From the NCBI GenBank assembly GCA_965219415.1, contig CBDCNP010000002.1, positions 2,752,001 through 2,816,000 on the forward strand: DNA of 64,000 bases. Reading direction: 5' to 3'. A program made the translations under genes and the position numbers. Positions 61,004 through 64,000 of the stretch are shown here, piece by piece. The notes beneath the pieces are model-generated. The model was not told where the DNA came from and searched no databases. It saw nothing but the letters and a program-made list of their open reading frames with translations. The stretch's first letter is position 1. Each line of letters opens with the position of its first letter. Origin of the DNA: Candidatus Marinacidobacterales bacterium. GTDB lineage: Bacteria > Acidobacteriota > Vicinamibacteria > Marinacidobacterales > DATDRI01.

Positions 61004-61762
61004 ATGATTCCAGAGCTCAAGAACTTAATAACCCTGCAGAAGCTCGACCTTCAAATCCGAGCTGTCGAGATCCGGCTCGCACGCATTCCGGTCGAAGTGG
61101 AGGAGCTGGAAAAAGAAGTTGCCACCGAGCGGGCAAACGTCAAAGCTGCCGGGGACCGTCTGGGCGAGTCGCAGAAACAACGACGCGCTATGGAGGGAGA
61201 ACTGGAGCAGATGGAGACGTCGATCGCGAAGTACAAAGATCAGCTGATGCAAGTAAAGACCAACGATGAGTACAAGGCGATGCAGAAGCAGATCGAGAAT
61301 AGCAAGGAAGAGATCGGCAAGAAGGAAGAGGACATCCTCGTTGGCATGGATGAAGCCGACCGATTTCAAGAACAGCTGAAGCTACGCGAGAAAGAGTTGG
61401 AAGAAGGACAAAAAAAGGTGACCGCCATGGAGGCCGATCTAGAAAAAGAAGCGACTCGCCTCCGCACCGAGCTGGAAACGGAGACCTCCGGGCGAGAGAA
61501 ATTGCTGGCGACGATCGACGCCGCTCTCCTCGCCCAATATCGCAAGGTCTCGGACGCGCGGAGCGGCATCGCCATGGCGGAAGCCAAGGACGAGCATTGT
61601 GAGGTCTGCCACGTGCGACTTCGGCCTCAGGTCTACAACGAGATCCGTGTAGGAAAAGAGATCTTGAACTGCGACAGCTGCGGCCGCATCATGTACTACT
61701 TGGGCCCATCCCCGGGCCATGGCGGCGAGGCAGATACGAACCAGCCGGCCGAGAGCACATAG
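61004..61762 (+). CDS. Coiled-coil protein with C4 zinc ribbon (DUF164 family)
   Basis: LQKLD...long coiled coil...CEVC...CDSCGR. Confidence 0.9.
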   Translation: MIPELKNLITLQKLDLQIRAVEIRLARIPVEVEELEKEVATERANVKAAGDRLGESQKQRRAMEGELEQMETSIAKYKDQLMQVKTNDEYKAMQKQIENSKEEIGKKEEDILVGMDEADRFQEQLKLREKELEEGQKKVTAMEADLEKEATRLRTELETETSGREKLLATIDAALLAQYRKVSDARSGIAMAEAKDEHCEVCHVRLRPQVYNEIRVGKEILNCDSCGRIMYYLGPSPGHGGEADTNQPAEST

Positions 61763-61778
61763 TACCCTGTAGACCAGT

Positions 61779-62546
61779 TCAGCTTACGCCGATTACGCCC
61801 ATCAATCTCCCAACGCCCTTACCCTCTTTGCGGTATGAGTAGAGCCTTCCATTGTCGCAAGACGTGCACATGCCACTCGCATAAATCTGTTCCCGCGGGA
61901 CTCCATACGTTGTGAGCTGCCTCGAGTTGGCTTCGATCAAGTTCAGGTGGCTCTTTCCGTGCGGGCCGGGCGAGAACAGATCTCGGCCGCAGGAGACGTT
62001 TTCGTCGAACGCGCGAACAACATCCTCACCCACTTCATAACAACACGCACCGATGGACGGCCCCATCGCCACGTGGATCGACTCGGGCCGAGAGCCGAAC
62101 TTCGTCGCTAGAAAAGCCGCCGCCGAACGAGAAACTCCCGCCAGCGTACCTCTCCAGCCGGCATGAACCGCGGCGACCGCTCCTCTGTCCTCGTCCCAAA
62201 GCACGAGCGGAACGCAGTCTGCGGTATGAACTGTTAGGGCGAGCCCTTTCCTATTCGTGGCCAGCCCATCGCAGACCGGAAGGGTGAGCGGCGTTTCATC
62301 GACCGCTTGAATTTCCGAGCCGTGTACCTGGCGCATGTGAGCCACCGCCTCGAGTCCTAGGGCAAGCGCAAGGTCTGCTCGACCTCGATCGCCTCGGTCT
62401 CGGCCTCCGAACGGCGCCGAACCGTCGCCATTCCGCCACCGCATGCTGAATCCGTGCGGTACACCGTGGTCGGCAAGCGGTTTGCAAACCACCACATCGA
62501 TCGGCTCTGGGCTTCCGATGGATCGTCGCTGGAAATGATCGTTCAT
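61779..62546 (-). CDS. pgeF: Peptidoglycan editing factor / YfiH-family protein
   Basis: QVHG, TADCVP, HAGWRG, GPSIGACCYEVG, SYR. Confidence 0.92.
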   Translation of the reverse strand: MNDHFQRRSIGSPEPIDVVVCKPLADHGVPHGFSMRWRNGDGSAPFGGRDRGDRGRADLALALGLEAVAHMRQVHGSEIQAVDETPLTLPVCDGLATNRKGLALTVHTADCVPLVLWDEDRGAVAAVHAGWRGTLAGVSRSAAAFLATKFGSRPESIHVAMGPSIGACCYEVGEDVVRAFDENVSCGRDLFSPGPHGKSHLNLIEANSRQLTTYGVPREQIYASGMCTSCDNGRLYSYRKEGKGVGRLMGVIGVS

Positions 62547-62564
62547 AGTTTATAGGGTACTAAA

Positions 62565-62897
62565 ATGAAAGTCGGACTCTACTTGGCAACCCTCGACGAG
62601 ACCCCCCCGGCGGAGAGCCCCGTCTATACCGAGCCTGAGCGGCGCTACTGTCTGAGGCGCCGAAACCCTCAACCTCATCTAGCCGGCCGCTATGCTGCCA
62701 AACGAGCCGCCTGCATTGCGCTCGACCTCGGTGGAGACGAGGCGGTCGGAGACGTTGAAGTCGCTCGCGAGCCCGGGCAGGCCCCGACTCTGAAGCTCCA
62801 CGGCGAGGCCAAGAAGAAAACGACCGCGGGTGCTACGAGTCACGTCAGCATCAGTCACAGCGGAGACTACGCGGTGGCGCTGGTGGTCATCGAATGA
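62565..62897 (+). CDS. AcpS-like protein (degenerate active-site motifs)
   Basis: YTEPERRYC, LAGRYAAKRA, HVSISHSGDYAVA. Confidence 0.75.
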   Translation: MKVGLYLATLDETPPAESPVYTEPERRYCLRRRNPQPHLAGRYAAKRAACIALDLGGDEAVGDVEVAREPGQAPTLKLHGEAKKKTTAGATSHVSISHSGDYAVALVVIE

Positions 62898-64000
62898 GCG
62901 ACCTCCGCCTTCTGGTACTGCGTTTCGAGTAGCTCGCTTTTCATCCCGTTATCGATGTGATCCCATGGCAGAATTTCGTCCAGCGGACGCTCCCGATGAA
63001 TGTAGAAGCCCAAGTCGATGCCATCGAGCGCGAGCGCGCGATTGAAATCGGCTTCCCCTCTCGCCAGGCGCAGCATCGCGGGAGCGACCCTGCGGTCTCC
63101 GAGCGCCAGGAGGGCCTGCAGCTTTTCGAGCCGCGGCGATTTGCAGCGCGGTTCCACGTTGGGGATGCGTCCCAGCGACTTCTGAAGAAAACGCATCTTG
63201 CGATTCAATTCCTTTTGAGACGCCATTGGGTGCCACTGAAAGGGTGTCCCCGACTTGGGGATGAAGGGGTTGATGCTAGGAATGAGCCGACCTAGCCGAC
63301 CACGACGGCGGCCATGCTCTAGCATCTGCTCACGAATGGACTCGACCAAAGTGACGATACCCTCGACGTCTTCTTCACGTTCACCGGGAAGACCCACCAT
63401 CAAATAGAGCTTCAGGTTCTCCACACCGCGCGAGAAGATCATGTCGGTCTTCTCCAAGATCTCGGTGTTGGGAATCCGTTTGTGGATGGCAAAACGCAGC
63501 CGATCGGTTCCTGCCTCCGGCGCCACCGCAAGAGTCTTCTCGCCGCTTCCCACGAGCGAATCGAGGAGCTCCGGACGCAGGTCTTCGAAACGAAGCGACG
63601 AGACGCTGACCCGAAAGCCCATCTCTTTGAGCCCGTTCACTAAAGGAACGATCTCGCGATGGGCTCCAACCGCGGTCGAGACCAGACCGATCTCCGACGT
63701 GTGAGGCCTCGCGTCTCGCGAGGCTTCTAGGATTTTCTCCATCTCGAAAGACCGCTTGGGTAGATAGTTGTATCCGGCCCAGCAGAACCGACAAAGAGTC
63801 GGGCATCCTCGAGAAACCTCGACCAGAAACTTCTTCGACATCTCTGTCGCGGAAGTCAGAACGTAGGTTGCCGGGGGAGGCAGACCGGCGCGCTTGCCCA
63901 TCTTCGCGCGCACCACCCGGTTTTTCGAGGCGACGCGATTGCGTCGCCTCGCGATCGTTCCATCCGCGCGATAGTCGACCTCGAAGTGGCTTGGTACGTA
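62867..64000 (-). CDS. Radical SAM protein (TIGR03960-like), N-terminus outside the window
   Basis: EVSRGCPTLCRFC, APEAG, KLYLMVGLP, PFIPKSGTPFQW, LPWDHID. Confidence 0.88.
   Translation of the reverse strand, partial: YVPSHFEVDYRADGTIARRRNRVASKNRVVRAKMGKRAGLPPPATYVLTSATEMSKKFLVEVSRGCPTLCRFCWAGYNYLPKRSFEMEKILEASRDARPHTSEIGLVSTAVGAHREIVPLVNGLKEMGFRVSVSSLRFEDLRPELLDSLVGSGEKTLAVAPEAGTDRLRFAIHKRIPNTEILEKTDMIFSRGVENLKLYLMVGLPGEREEDVEGIVTLVESIREQMLEHGRRRGRLGRLIPSINPFIPKSGTPFQWHPMASQKELNRKMRFLQKSLGRIPNVEPRCKSPRLEKLQALLALGDRRVAPAMLRLARGEADFNRALALDGIDLGFYIHRERPLDEILPWDHIDNGMKSELLETQYQKAEVAHSMTTSATA

Noticed and set aside
275-63806. Numerous long antisense or overlapping ORFs (e.g. 12019-12981, 21106-22044, 29019-30164, 42424-43440, 46098-47129)
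   Set aside because: Shadow ORFs opposite well-supported genes in GC-rich DNA, with no recognisable motifs.
1-64000. Genome-wide TAG reassignment
   Set aside because: rpoD, mutS2, larB, the VWA gene and others end at TAG at their expected C-termini.

Overview
GC-rich (~60%) bacterial chromosomal window, probably Acidobacteriota (Vicinamibacteria-like; inferred from gene content and repeats). Most of it is housekeeping: MrfAB-type repair pair, moaDE, tsaD, mtnA, ilvE, Fo atp genes, nuoLM, dGTPase, CCA enzyme, Gld-type ABC transporter, proC, dinB and mutS2-dnaG-rpoD-tRNA-Ile2. Six genes carry single-base frameshifts that look like long-read indel errors. The most notable signals are: (1) a PAS-GAF-GAF-GGDEF gene whose single frame is broken only by two in-frame TAG codons; (2) a minimal bacterial microcompartment locus (class II aldolase, 1 BMC-H, 3 BMC-P, and a small Cys-rich protein with a candidate encapsulation peptide); (3) a candidate sigma54-driven small RNA, one of four sigma54 promoters near a shared palindromic motif; (4) a stand-alone nuoL-nuoM pair whose NuoL has a 26-aa helix duplication like '2M' complex I; (5) a truncated IS110 splitting a lipoprotein gene, whose non-coding left end contains an 8-nt copy of its own insertion flank (bridge-RNA-like); (6) several REP/MITE families, one copy inserted in frame inside a gene.
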